A DNA stretch of 64,000 bases. Source: Rotaria socialis (Eukaryota). The notes below the pieces were generated by a model. The model worked only from the letters and a program-made list of their open reading frames with translations. It did not search any database and was not told the DNA's origin. Positions 37,697-54,941 of the stretch are shown here, piece after piece. The DNA is taken from positions 1 through 64,000 of the forward strand of contig CAJNYD010000133.1 of assembly GCA_905331295.1 (NCBI GenBank), written 5' to 3'. Position 1 is the first letter of the stretch. Every line of letters starts with the position of its first letter. Position numbers and translations under genes: made by a program.

Positions 37697-39720
37697 ATGC
37701 AAACTGATTCGATATCACTCGATACGCTCAAAAATAAATTGTTGTGTGCTGTCGATGGTGAATACAATGTAAAATGACTTTTTTTTTTTTTTTTTAATAA
37801 AATTTCATTAACCATTAAATAAACATATTCTTTAGGTTCTTAAGCCTGAAACTGTATTGGATATTATTTGTCAATTAGAAAAAATGGAAATTACAAAGGA
37901 TCAATTACAAGTTTGTAGTTTCCGTTAAATAAATGGAATTTTGTTTTTCTGTTTTTCTTTTCCAGGCAACACGTCTTGGTCGCGAGATAAATACAATTCG
38001 TCAAAAATTAGATGCACGAAAAAAAACTATTTCATCGACTGAAACATATCCAGAATTAATTATTGAAATAACTCAACGAGCAAAGAAACTTCTTCGATCT
38101 TGGCAAGGTCTATTGAATGTTTCTCAAACTGATGTATCGTCGAATACATTATCATCAACCAATGGTGATACAAAACCTCGCCTCATACTCAGAGTTAAAT
38201 TAAATTCTCCCGTAAAGAAACGTAAACATGAATCCGATTCAGATATAGTCAATGGTGGAACGAATGCTAAACGGAAGAAAACTCAAGTTCTTCAAACACC
38301 AACGCCTATTTCACCTGCTCTATTAACTGAAACAAATGGTAGCCTACCGCGTTTAAAAACTACACAACAAATTTTAATGGAAATGCAAAAAAATGAACCA
38401 CACGTACTGTCAACAGAAACATCAACTGTTCATGCTATTTTACAAAAGAGAATCATTGATGAAAGTCTGAATGAACCAGCTAAAATCGATTATTCAGCTT
38501 TACACCATGGAAGAGATTTGATTAATATGAATACAAAGTCAGTTTGAAGTCTCATAATTTGTTGTATCAGTGAGAAGGATTTCGTGTACTTGACTTGATC
38601 ATATGAGTGGCACAAGACTATTGAACTAACGAAGAAACGCTTTCAAATTCTTTTCATAGAATATAGCGTAGTAAAGTATGAGAAATTCACTTAGGGTTTC
38701 TGTCCAAAATGATTAATATTTCAATCGATAAAACATCGGAACTCTTCGATAGATGACAGTATTGAGGTCATCATGTCTTACGACTAGTAGTTGCCTATAT
38801 CAAATGATCCATTCGGTAGTGTGTTAACTGTGTTGTGACATACGTCTACTATAATTCTTAGCTGACGATCAATGTATAGAGTGTAAGGTAGAATAAAAGC
38901 ACCGATATTCATGTTGTGTAAGTGGCTATTGAATATCTTGAGTACAGCAAGATCATGTTCTTTGAAATTTTTCAATAGTATTAAACTCGTTTATAGAAAA
39001 AATATGAAACTATATTTTTTTTTCTTTCGTATTTTTAGTTCTATTCAATATTCAAGAAAAATTTCATCTCCCAACAATCCTATTGTTAAATCCGGTTCAT
39101 CATCGAAACTTCAATCGCTTATTCATCGATCATCGTCAACGTTAATACCTGCGAATAGTAATTGGGAAAATGGTAGTAGTGCAGGCTCACCTATATCACC
39201 ATTATCATCCTCATCGTCGTCATCTATAATTAGTACACACTCTTGGCCTGTTTCTACAATCATTCCTGAGCCATCGTTAACTGTTTCTATTGTTCCAAAA
39301 AAGAAACGGCAAAAAAAAGATGATGACAGTGATAATGATCAACAACTATGTGAACCATCAAATATTGAACAGTCAACAACATTTACATCCGATCTAGCAA
39401 CTATGTGTGCATCATACAATAAAGTTGCTGATCTTGTTGAAGATCATCGTCGACGTATAATAGCTAAATATGAATCTCGAGAATTAGAAGCAAGACCTGA
39501 TTTATTATTAGTACCAATCGATCAACTTGCCTTTGTTTATGAGCGAGAACAGAGTAATGAGTTAAATTTACCCATTGAAACCACACATTCATCTATGACT
39601 AAAGTCGAAAAATTTACTCTACCATTTGATCTTATTGCTTTACCATTTATTGATTGTCCACTTGAATTTGATCTGGTACTTGATGAACTAGTCGTACAAA
39701 ATCCCATCATGGACATGTAA
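37697..39720 (+). CDS. MED26: Mediator subunit 26-like (TFIIS N-terminal domain), 4 exons
   Basis: LKNKLLCAVDGEYN|VLKPETVLDIICQLEKMEITKDQLQ|ATRLGREINTIR matches the MED26 N-terminal domain. Also an NLS-like KKRK and a C-terminal LIALPFID. Confidence 0.75.
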
Positions 39721-40327
39721 ATTTCTTTTTGTTCACTCACTTTTGTTTCTTGATATATTTCAAAAATTTAAAGGAAAAAAAAACAAATTGGTGTTTCAAC
39801 AGTTGTTTCGTTTTTCTCTTCGTGTACCTATGTGCATGTTTATTTGCTTATTTTATTTAAAAAAAACAGCAAAGAGGATAATGTCTTGATAAATATAAAA
39901 TGATAAAATGTACTCTTTCTTTTTTCTTTCGATTATTCGATGATAAATGTGGAAGTAGACGATATTATCAATCGCTCACACCCTTCTTGGGACAATAGAC
40001 GAAACTTGGAACATATTTGCATATTTAACTGCGGAAAAAAAATTCATGCTAGGTCGGCAGTGTTTGGTTTCTATAGTTTTTCATTAAAAAAAAACGTGCC
40101 ACATTTCTTATCTTGTTGTTGATTCGATTCGTCGAAAAACGAAATATAAAGAACACTTGAAAATAAATCTTATCATTACCTTCAGTACAAAGGACATTAA
40201 GCAGCGCGTCATTACTACCTTTATATATTCTTTTTTTTCAATTGATGGGTATGACATAACAAACAACACAGAATTATAAAGATGAAAAAATCAAGAATGT
40301 ATTCATAGAGATCAAAAAATTTCAGAA

Positions 40328-41752
40328 ATGAATGAAACAAGCTATTTCGATAAACTAAAGAAAAAAGCATTGACAAAGTCAATCGAACCGATAAACGGTA
40401 AGCAAAAATTTCTATGATATAAATCACTAATTTTCTGAATAACTAAACTTGTTCGAGTATTTCATCATTGATCTCGCATAATTTCTTTCTGATAAAATTT
40501 TTCTGTAGAAGGTCATCACAAAAGTTCCCCAGTCAAGGATTTACGAATAGCGAAAGATATTCAAAAGCAAAGTGCTGCGATTTCAAATATTTACCATTGC
40601 CAAACTGGAATTTTAACACCGTTCAATCCATATGAGCACGGACTTTACATCATCCGTATGTATGTCAAGCTTTGCGAAGAGAGTTGATTTTTTCTTAATA
40701 TCAATTTAGTTCATCTGACCAATGAATATGATAATGATATTAGAGAAGCATGCCGAAAATTACCTCAAATAAAGGAATCACTTAGCCAATTACATCCAGG
40801 TTGCAGACTAGAGGCAACATTAGGTATTGGGTATTCTAAAACTCAAGAATGGCTTGCACGAGCAGATATTTCGTTTCCGAAAGTTTTTATAGAATTTCAA
40901 GAGAAAAATAGTTCGACTGGAAAAATGATGCCATGTACAGGTAACTTGAATATTCATGATTTTGTTTGATATTGGAAAATTTTAGGAGGTGACTTAATGC
41001 TTCATATTAGAAGTGATCGAAAAGATCTTTGTTTTGAATTGGGTCAACAATTTTGTCAATCTATTCCTGATGATTGTATTATTGAATTGGATGAAACATT
41101 TGGCTTTTCATATATGAGCTCACAAACAAATGGATTATCTCAAGATCTTACGGGTTTCGAAGATGGCAACGAAAATCCAAAGGGAGATGAACTCAGAGTA
41201 TACTTTCAAGTAGATTTAAATATTGTATTATTTGCAACTTTCTGCTTTAGGCTAAAGCTGCACTTATCTGTGAGGGAGACGATGTTCCGATTCATATTGG
41301 AGGATCATTTGCATTAACACAAAAATGGAAGCATAATCTTAATCAATGGGCTCGGTATATTGACAATGTATGGCAATTTTATATTGAATCAAAATTTATA
41401 TTTTTTTAGGCTATCACAAGCAGAACAAGAGAATGTAATCGGACGAACGAAAGGAGAAGAAAGTAAAAAGATCAGACCAAAAATTAGCACATCTCATATA
41501 TCACGAACGGATCTAAAAGAGAATGGTGTGGATATCAAAGTAGTTAGACAATCTTTACCTTATGGAGGTATGAAAGAGCATGGGTTATTTTTTATTTCAT
41601 ATGCTTCGAATCCAAATAAACATGAAAGACAACTCAATAGTATGATTGGAATGGACGATGGAATTTATGATCGAATTATGGATTTTTCAACACCAATTAC
41701 TGGAAATTATTGGTTTATTCCATCGATCGACGTTTATGAAAAAATGTTCTAA
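40328..41752 (+). CDS. Dye-decolourising (DyP-type) haem peroxidase, bacterial YfeX-like, with 5 introns
   Basis: QTGIL, GDLMLHIRS, DLTGFEDGNENP (GxxDG), GGSF..TQKW.H, EQE.VIGRTK, SHISR (proximal His), RQSLPYG and TGNYWFIPS. Confidence 0.9.
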
Positions 41753-42172
41753 TTCTCAGAGACACACCTATTTGCGAAGAAAATACTAAATAAATTTTTT
41801 TGATTCTTCACTCTCTATTACAGATTTAGAAAACCTGAAGAAAATAATGCAAAGCTCCTTTAGCAATGGAAGAGGATGTGACTATGTGTATAAATTAGAG
41901 ATACGCAGCTAATGCGTTAATCGAGCTTAGCTCATAATAATTATAACCCGTTAAAGACAGTTAGCGACACGTTTAGCGCAATTTCTTTCAATATTTACTA
42001 TACAGCGAACGCGATTGACTAATCAAAAAGCGATGCCTTGAATGTAAATAAAAAGAAAGAAAATTTACGCTGGTGTATTTGTCATGTGGTGATAAAGGGC
42101 AAAACTGCTCATTCGTAACTTTGTTTCGGTTTTTACACAAGGGTATATCAGTGTTACTTTTCGTGCGTAACA

Positions 42173-45679
<3,507 letters not shown>

Positions 45680-46110
45680 GAAATTGGGAAGAATTTTTCG
45701 GTCTATTTATCAATAAGTCTAATTTTCTCTTAAACATAAAAATATAATCTTCAATCTTGCATTTCTACTGAATTAATTGATGTTGAACTGTACATATTCA
45801 TTCATCAGTGCATTTGAGCATGTCATATTTTCATTACAAGTGATTTGGCTCCTGTTCTTCTTCAAAAACATTTAGAGAAGCAAAGTAAACATATGTTGAA
45901 TTGCTCAATCAATGGAAAATCGATAATAAAAATCTAATTGTTATGATCGAGCGTGAGATTTTTACAAAAACGTTTTTGAAGATATTGCTTAAAGGATGAT
46001 GGGGGTGTGATCCGTCTTTTTACCCACATCTTATTTTATGTTTTTGACAACTGAATTATGTTGATTGCCTCCTGAAAGTATGAGTACTAGAGCAATTTTA
46101 TTTCTGTAAT

Positions 46111-47890
46111 TTATTTCATTGATGACTGTTTACGAGCAAATTCAATATTGAGATCAATTTTAACAAATTGCCGTTGATAAGCTTCCAGTGGACCTGTTTC
46201 GTTTGTACCACGAGCATTTGCTACGTACAGAATACTGTCGGTAAGATCATATACACCGACGTGTAAATCACCTGTTTTTGCCACTGATGTTATATTTCGA
46301 ATAGACGATTCCGGTGTTATTTGTCCATATTGATAGATTATTTGCTGATATAGTCTGTATTGATGAGATGGACAGAGCCAATCCATGCCACAATAGACAG
46401 CATTAGGTATGCGTGGATGCCAATCAGCTACAGGCTGTAAATTTTGATCATCGAAAAAGTTCACACGTGAATGTGAATATTGTATCATGCGAGCGGTGCC
46501 TAATTTTCCATCGCCGACAGCCAAAACCAAATGGCATGTTCGTCTTACATCAGCAATAAATGAAAGCGCATCGTCAAGTGTTTCAGAAAATTGTAAAATG
46601 TATCGTTCGACAAAAATGAATGGTAAACCACTCATGCTCTCATCGCCAAATGTATCATCCGAAAAATAGATTCCAATTTCAGAGATGCCCATTTGTGTTG
46701 ACGACATCCCCGTCAATGTACCAATATAACCTGTTAAAATGAAAAGGACAATCAAGCAACAAAAGAAACTATTTCACATTTTTTCATTCAAGGGATTTTC
46801 AGATATTCTCAATAATGCTAGAATAAAATCTGATTTTTTCATTCAGTCAAATAATGTTTCAATCAGTTATAACTCTTTCATGTCTCATGATTACTAGTAA
46901 TAACAAAGTCGTCGAAAAATACTTTAGGTTGACATTCTCCGCGATTAATTAGGGGTTCAGTCAAATTTTACTAAAAAGAACACGTTAAAATCAATAGGGA
47001 AAAGTGCTAGTTTTACTTTAAATCTACTGTACACTACTTCGAAATCATTGAAGTAGCACTTTTCCGAAAAGACTATCAACTGTATATACCTGCCCAAGCA
47101 ACATTGGCAAAAGCGTGACCGAGTTTTGGTGAAAGTGGATGATAGATAGTAACGACCGGAAAATCTTGAAGACCACCTTTTGTATCCCAATCTAATGCTC
47201 GTAATTGAAGAGTTTTACCATCAAGAGTTGAGTTACCCCAGAGGCCATAGAGTGAACATCGACCTATCATCAATTAATGAGATAAATGAGTGAATTAGTG
47301 GAATAGCATGACCTCTTTTTTACTAATATACCTCGTGTGATTTCACCGAGCATGTGTAATCGTCGAATTGCACGATAATCAATATTAGCAGCATCAGCAA
47401 TACCACGTATTTCTTCATAAATTTCTTTATCAATATACCCTTCGACCAACGTATTTTGGAAATCCAATGCGAAAGCAAGACCTTTGTCAGCAACGATTTC
47501 TTCGAACCATTTAGGTAATTTTAATTTCTCTAATTCATCCATAATTTGTTGTTCGAAATGAGCCCAAGCAATTGGTTGAAGTTGGATGATCTGTTCTTTT
47601 AAAAGTGTTCCATATGCAAATCCATAATCGTATCCAGTATTGCCCCAAACATGTACCAGCCAAAATTGATCTTCACCAGAGCCAACCGTATAGAGTGATC
47701 CATTTTCGACTGTACGTATGAGTTTTGGTGGACTATCATCGATTGGATTCAAATTAGGATCGCCATGCGATGTATCATTTCCACACATTGCGCCGACATT
47801 CTTTCGTGGGTCAATATGATGATTATAACTTGTTTGAACAATAAATAATAATCCGATCAGAAAAAATAAATTGGCATCGTATAGGAGCAT
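46111..47890 (-). CDS. Secreted Ntn-hydrolase (peptidase C45/acid-ceramidase-like, Dictyostelium dcd1-like), 3 exons
   Basis: Signal peptide MLLYDANLFFLIGLLFIV, GFAYGTLL, EEIRGIADAA, autocleavage nucleophile GR-CSLYG, RALDWD, and G.LTGMS. Confidence 0.8.
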
Positions 47891-49041
47891 TGTTTGGTAT
47901 TTGTGAGAACATGGTACTACGCCAGAGGAGAAGAAGAAGAAAAAGGCATGTGAAAAAGGTGCAGATGGTGCACTCAACAAGCAGGGATGCTAATAGTGGT
48001 AGATAAGGGGAGAAAAAAAACATCCTTTTCTCTCAAATCTTACGTGAAGTAAACGCTTTTTACTCGCCAACAGTCCACTAAAGTTTTCACTTGTGTCTCA
48101 TCCCTTAAATCTTTTTTTTTTCGAATGGGCAACAAAATCATTTTTTAACTAAAACGTGTCTTGTCTCACTAATATCACTAAATATTTTGGGTGCGAATGA
48201 AGTTGCTAGTTTGAGAATCTGAAAACTTCCTGATACCTGTGCCGATTCAAATCCGAACTCACACTAACCATAAGAAAACAAATTGACTGTGCTTTTTTCT
48301 TGTTTACCGATATTTTAGAACTACGCGAAAGTGCTACAGTTATCATGAGAAATTTCGATATTGTAATAGAAAATATTGCAGATTTCTTGCCTAAAATCAT
48401 AATTCTTCCTATATTCCGTGTTTTACTTCATTAGAATGAATTTACTGAGTAGTTGGATTTTTCTGTGCCATTTTATTTGTAAAAATATACCAGAAGCAAA
48501 ACTTAATCACAAAATACTCATTTCCATCTAGGAATAAGCCTCATTCATGAAATAACCAAGAACAGGAGAACTTTTCTTATCAATATAATATTATTTAATA
48601 TAGTTAGAATATATTGCAGCTTTTTAACATTCCTATTTTTGAAGCCTGTGACGCACTTGCATTGAATACTCGATTTGTCTCATATATATATATTGATAAA
48701 TACTACGAACGAGGTGATTTTCCATGTGTAAAATAAATTCATTAAGGGGTTGCAACTGAAGTTGTGTGCTATTTCTTATTAGTATCTCACAGGTATTTAC
48801 ATAAGCCAGTATTAAACTTTAATCATTCGCTTAAAAACCTGCTATTAAAATTCGCACGTGCTCAATTATGATCAGAATAATATTCGAAGCAATTTTGAGC
48901 AATGCATCCTTCTCAACAGAGAAAAAAAACTAGAGTCGCGGTAGCTCGTTTTTCACCAACAGAAAGTAGTAGAGTTATTTAGCCAAGGGAAATTACACAT
49001 CGGATTAAACGTTGCCAAGGCATTTCAGAACCAAACGACTT

Positions 49042-49308
49042 TTATTTGAAGCAGCAATCATGACAATAAATATGTCCGCATTCTTGGCATCGATAGTAAT
49101 GATAATCATCATCACGGCCGCAACTTTCACAAATACTATAACTATGATACCAATAGAGTTCAGCAGAATAAAGAAGAGAACGATAACAATTTTTAACGTC
49201 TACGACGGGAACGGTAGATACTTTATGTTCCCGAGAACAACGATTACAGCAGGCAGAATATTGACAGACGTAGTGCATTTTACGAAGTAAGAAATGCGAT
49301 TTTTCCAT
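49042..49308 (-). CDS. Putative small Cys/His-rich zinc-finger-like protein
   Basis: Paired CxxC motifs (CNRC, CESC, CQEC, CHDC). No other support. Confidence 0.4.
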   Translation of the reverse strand: MEKSHFLLRKMHYVCQYSACCNRCSREHKVSTVPVVDVKNCYRSLLYSAELYWYHSYSICESCGRDDDYHYYRCQECGHIYCHDCCFK

Positions 49309-50146
49309 TACTATTTGATCCAAATATGCACGTGCAGTCACTCAGATTGTGTAGAGTAACAATTGATTCACTCACTCGAATCAAGATCTAAAAATAAATA
49401 ACGAAAATATTATCAGCAATCATAACTTTGAATCTGGAAAATTTCAATTCAGTTGTGGGGAAAACAGGGACATTTGTAATGAATTTTGCATAATGTCTAT
49501 TCCAAAAATGAATGAATTTACTATATTGATGGATTTATATGAGACATCATATCTACTACCACTACAAAATAGTTCATTAAACCTATTGAAAATTCAAGAA
49601 TTTATGTCTGATCTTTTACTCACCGAAGTGAATAGTTTTCATTATTTCATAAATTTCTTTCAGAAACGAAAAAAATTTATTCAGCTTGAATTTCTAACTT
49701 GCTTTCGACGCATCAATATAACATTAAGTAAAAGTTATAAAACTGATTTTTCCTACGTACGTGTTTGTGAATTAAAATTTAATTGCACATATGGCACAAG
49801 TTTGTTTTACGTGAAGATGAATGAAAAAAGTATGTACGTGTGTTGACAAGTAAGCCTCTCTGAAAACGGCAGGCCACTTTTTTCGTTCCAGCAGTTCTTC
49901 ATCGTGAAATGAAAAATAAAACGAGGTAGAGTTTTTGTGTGACAGTTAAAAAAAAAGGATTGTATGTTGTCGATCAGTCACGATGCTGAAATTTAACGAA
50001 AATACTTCCATCCTGAAGGACTCAGCAATAAAGTTGTCGGTTATTTGAATCATGCAAAAACCAACACATTGGCGGACGGCAATCTTTGCTAGTTTTGGTA
50101 ATGCATTTAATTGCAAAAAAGGGGTGATAAAAAAAGACATACATAC

Positions 50147-50550
50147 CAGAGCTCCGCGCGGGACGTCCCATCAGACGGGATGGGACTAACATTTTTAGAA
50201 AATTTTAAGCAGACAAGAAAGAATTGAAGTCTCTTTCGAGGTGATTCTATTATATGCGTACTATCTTTATCCATTAAAATTATATTTATTGACGTCAGTG
50301 ACCGCTTTCAAATTTTATTCTCATATTTTAAAACATTTTCGGTATATGTTGTTCAATTTAGGAAAAATATTTAAAACAAAACGAATACAAGCTTTTAAGA
50401 GTCATCTAAGACAACGACCTTAATTTTAATGGATAGAGATAGTTTGCATATCATAGAATCATATCGAAAGAGATTTTGATTCTTTCTTGTCTGCTTAAAA
50501 TTTTCTAGCAATGTTCGTCCCCATCCCATCCCCATGGGACGTCCGCTCCG
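50147..50550. mobile_element. hAT-type MITE with ~75-bp TIRs
   Basis: 8-bp TSD ATACATAC at 50139-46 and 50551-58. Arms GGGACGTCCCAT...GGGATGGGA...AAAATTTTAAGCAGACAAGAAAGAAT and the reverse complement. Confidence 0.85.
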
Positions 50551-50719
50551 ATACATACAATCAACGATCAAAGGTTCCTTTGTTTTGTAATCAAATTAAA
50601 CTACATTGTGAAAAACGAGGCTTAGACAAATATTTGATCGGTGACATAAATGCTCGTTTCAAGCCAAAAATGACGTTCAGGTTAAAAATGCTTAAAAACT
50701 AAACTTACGATACACACAC

Positions 50720-51040
50720 TACACGAAAAAAACAGGAATGAAAATATACCATTCCCCCAATAACGTCAAATCACTGCAAAAATGAAAAACGCAATGGGAA
50801 AAGTAGTTTGGGAAAAAGAAAAATTATTTTTCCCATAGAAGAAAAATGCTATTGTGAACGATCTTTAGTAAGAATATATTTCTATTCCCTAGCAGAAAAA
50901 TGAGCTTGCAGCGGAAAAATGAAAAACGCAATGGGAAAAATACTTTAGATAGATGAAACGTCATTTTTCCTATAGAGAAAAATGCGTTCGTATGTAATCG
51001 AAATGAACGTACAGGTTTTCGCGATAGGAGAAAAAGGAGT
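50720..51040. repeat. TE-end-like fragment with a ~137-bp internal duplication
   Basis: AAAAATGAAAAACGCAATGGGAAAA occurs at about 50778 and 50915. Begins TACACGAAAAAAA. Confidence 0.5.
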
Positions 51041-52086
51041 TTGCGCGGTACTAAGGATGTTGGGAAAATTTACAGTCGGTTAGATTTTGGTTGACTTTGG
51101 TTAAAACAATGATGGGTAAATTTGCCTGAAGATCGGATGCCGTAAATCATTTACGATATAAGCGAAAGCTTTCATAGTTTTGTGGTGATGCGTGACGAAT
51201 TTCAAAGAGCTGAGAAGAAATTTGGTTTCAATGAATCGTTGGAAAAGAACGAATGTGAAGCATGAAAATGAAAACCACTCATATTTGGCTTTTGTAAAGT
51301 TCTGTGTAGCATATGCACGGATATCTTTTTCTGAACAGTGCCGACAAAAGTACTCGATATGAATTTAATATATACACACGCTGACTTATACTTATATAGA
51401 TTGTCTTGTGTTATAGACAGAACGGGGAAAGAATTCATTTTTGACCTGAACGGCATTTTCCCGCTTGAAATGAACATTTATCTCACCGATCGATTTTTTG
51501 TCTGTTGCTGGTTCGTCTCAGCTTAGTTAACTTAATATTTCCGAGATGTACTACGTGATTTATTAAACTATAATAACATTCATCAAGGCTGTTTGTTACA
51601 AATAAAAAACAACAGAATGATAAGAGATAAAAACATTGAAGCGACGTATTCAATTTGTGATCATCGATGGAAAGTCAGCGATATAATTATCTCTATTTGA
51701 GGTTGCGGATGTGAACGTTAGAACTTCTTATCAATACGCTTACTCACACTCTTTATTTTTAATTATAACTCGTACACCTTTTTTGTATAAATGTTTTAGT
51801 CAAACGCTTTTTCTTCAGCTTCTATAAGTGTGATAAGCAATGCAACATTCATTTTACTTCTTAAAATACCTTTTAATTTTTCTTAATGACCACCCTTTGC
51901 CTTCAAAACATTTAAGAAGAATAACAACGATCTTTAAAAAAATATTCTGTTTAAATTTCGATTTTATTAAAAATATTGTTTGACTTCTATCCATTAAAAT
52001 AATATTATTTTTCTTATCATAAAATTTTCACTTTGATTTCTTGTATCGCTGCTTTTACGGCAGGCATATGTACATGAAGCTGTCGT

Positions 52087-53187
52087 ATGGCTGAAATATT
52101 GTCAGCAAAATGTTCGCACTGCAAACAGTTGGGGATTGCTCAATGCGATGGATGTTCCACTTTTTTGTGTTCAACACATTTTCGCGAGCATCGTCAACAT
52201 TTAGATACCAAGTTCGCGCAATTATGGCACGATAGAAGCAATCTACCACATCATATTGTGGATAATACATCAAAGATCAAACAGCACCAACTTAAAGGTC
52301 TTCTCGGTGATATCAATCAATGGGAGGAACAAGCATTGGAAAGTATCAAACGAAAGGCAGATCGTGTACGAAGTCGTATCAAAGAATTGATGGCATTGAG
52401 AGGTTCTAACATCAAAACTGACTTAGATCAAATTTCTCAGGAATTAAGGAAGTGTAAAACCGATAATAATTACTTCGAAAAAGATATCAAAAACCTAAAC
52501 GAAAAACTGAATCAAATTCAAATCGATCTTAATGTACATAAATCTCATGCCAAAATGATTCTGCCACCAATCAAAATGGTCATACCACCAATCAAATTCA
52601 ACTCACAAATTCAAACTTCCTTCGAACATGATATTCACATCGAGAAGGAATATTTCCCCAATGGAACACTTTTATGTCACGAACATCAAATTAAACTCAA
52701 CGAATTTTATGGAAAACGAAATCAAAAATGGCGTCTTGCCTATAAAGCTACACGAGACGGGTTTTCTAGTACTGATTTCTATCGGTGTTGTGATAGCAAA
52801 GGTCCAACATTAACTGTCATTCAATCATCAAGTGGACATTTATTTGGAGGATTTTCATTGACTAATTGGAAAAGCCATGACAATTGGCAATGGCTCACAG
52901 ACAAGGATGCATTTCTTTTTACTTTAATTAATCCCCATAAGATATTGCCTACTAAATATCAAATAAATGCTAAAGGTCAAAATGCAATCGGTTGCAAAGC
53001 AAATATGGGACCAACATTCGGTCTATGGGACATTTGTGTTTATTCAAATAGTAATGAAAATGCTCGTAGTCATATTTTGTTTCCTAATGATTATATTGAC
53101 TCAACTGGCAAAGGACGTCTCACATTCACTGGTTCACATTATTTCAAATCTGTTGAAATTGAAGTCTATAGTCTGAAGCAAAACTGA
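52087..53187 (+). CDS. B-box-like zinc finger + coiled coil + TLDc domain protein, intronless
   Basis: CSHC...CDGC...C..HFREH, a heptad region, and TLDc motifs WRLAYKATRDGFS..DFYRCCD.KGPTLTVI...FGGF and GPTFG...EIEVY. Confidence 0.88.
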   Translation: MAEILSAKCSHCKQLGIAQCDGCSTFLCSTHFREHRQHLDTKFAQLWHDRSNLPHHIVDNTSKIKQHQLKGLLGDINQWEEQALESIKRKADRVRSRIKELMALRGSNIKTDLDQISQELRKCKTDNNYFEKDIKNLNEKLNQIQIDLNVHKSHAKMILPPIKMVIPPIKFNSQIQTSFEHDIHIEKEYFPNGTLLCHEHQIKLNEFYGKRNQKWRLAYKATRDGFSSTDFYRCCDSKGPTLTVIQSSSGHLFGGFSLTNWKSHDNWQWLTDKDAFLFTLINPHKILPTKYQINAKGQNAIGCKANMGPTFGLWDICVYSNSNENARSHILFPNDYIDSTGKGRLTFTGSHYFKSVEIEVYSLKQN

Positions 53188-53889
53188 GATTTTAAACGGC
53201 ACATGTCCTATTGAACTCCCATAACAAACTAAACTGAAAATCAATTTCTTACAGTAAAAATGCATTCAAATGAATTCTACTCGTTTTCAATACCATAAAA
53301 AAAAACCAACCATTAACATTACTTTTTTGATTAACTTAACCTTAGTAAAAATAAAATTCTTCCTCGTTCAATTAAAAATATGTAAAGTCATACATGACAA
53401 AAAAATAGCCGCTTTCAGAAAGCTAATCTAAATCTTTAGCAAAGAGAATCAAAAATCAAGTTATTCTATTCTACAGCAAACAATACGCCGATGAAATACT
53501 ATATTCCAGCAAGCTAAAACATCTATTAGGGAGTTATGTGTGAGTATGTGATGGTAAGTGATAATGTATATGCAAGTACGCAGATTGGTCTTTATACGTC
53601 TGCATCATCTCAACACATGTGTACATGAGACTCGAACTGCAATTCCAAGCAAATCTTTTTTTTTCTCATGGAACATAACTTGGTGGAAATTATCCAAACA
53701 TTCACTGATATTTTGTGTTCTTTTTAGATCTTAATTGAACAAAATTGTCTTTTCTTTTTTTTTTACTGAGTTTAGAGTCGCTTCTTAAGAAAAGAGATTC
53801 ATCACCATGACGTATATCGTTAATAGATAAATAACTTGTTAAATTCAATAGTACAGCGGTATTATCTTTCCACTTTTCTAATCGAAGCA

Positions 53890-54415
53890 TGGAAACGAAT
53901 AGTCAAAATAAATGTGTTGACATCAGCATACATTATTTTGTTTTCTGTTCATTCTCTTTTCATCTGCGCCATGGAATTCTTCACGTATTATTGATGAAAA
54001 GACAACAGTATGCATCAACACTTGCCACAGAATCACCTTCGATCAATGTGCGCTGAAAAGGCTTGTATTGAAGAGGGAAATGAGCAGTAATGCTGTTGCA
54101 TCTGGTAATACTTATGAAGAAATCGAAGTAGAAGTCAACATATTAACTCCCTATTTACCAATCGCTGAATTACTTAATGGTGGAATCAATCGACTGACGG
54201 GTCTGATGGATTTCTTCAATGTTGACTCTTTCCTTGAACTAACTTGGCTAAAAAGCAAAATGATATCGGACGAATATCGAGGCGCAATAACATACGTCAA
54301 CATATGTGCGATTAATAGTCAAGTCGGTGCTAAAACATATTTTTCCTGAATGGAACTATCGAGCAGCAAATGTGTGTAAGCCGACGCTAGTCAAGCAGCT
54401 ATTGAAGAGATGAAT
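53890..54415 (+). pseudogene. Possible frameshifted remnant of a ~170-codon ORF, product unknown
   Basis: Open frame 53921-54349 continues after a +1 shift in TATTTTTCC (YFPEWNYRAANVCKP) to a stop near 54412. No motif recognised. Confidence 0.25.
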
Positions 54416-54941
54416 AAGTGACATCCTTCAGTCAGTTTTACCTATCAACAATGAATTAAAGACATGTTTTTTTATGCGATTTAGCACACACGACTGGCAA
54501 CACTGCTCAGTGCGTTAGAGGATGATCATGTAAATAAAGAACCAGAATCTTATATTTATATCAATGCTGACGGGTAGAACGAGCTTCATTGATTGAAATT
54601 AGATCATTGAATTATAATGAAACTTATAATTTTGAGATAAAATATTTTCAAAGGTGTGCAATTGAGCAAAGATCATATGTTGACATCAACACACTTTTCT
54701 AAACTATCATAATTAAAAGATCTGTTTTCAGCTCTTTTGACAGACACTAGTACATGAATTAGTGTAGGTTGTCTCGAAATTTATGAAAACATCAGCGCTT
54801 GTAACGATAAATATGCGGACTCTCTCTTTTTGGGGTTGATATTGTAATAACAAACTGGATAGAGGTGAAGTAGCTTACAGCCACTCTCGACAATGATGTT
54901 GATTCGCTTCTTCACATATCCAGAGTGTAACAACTTCATAC

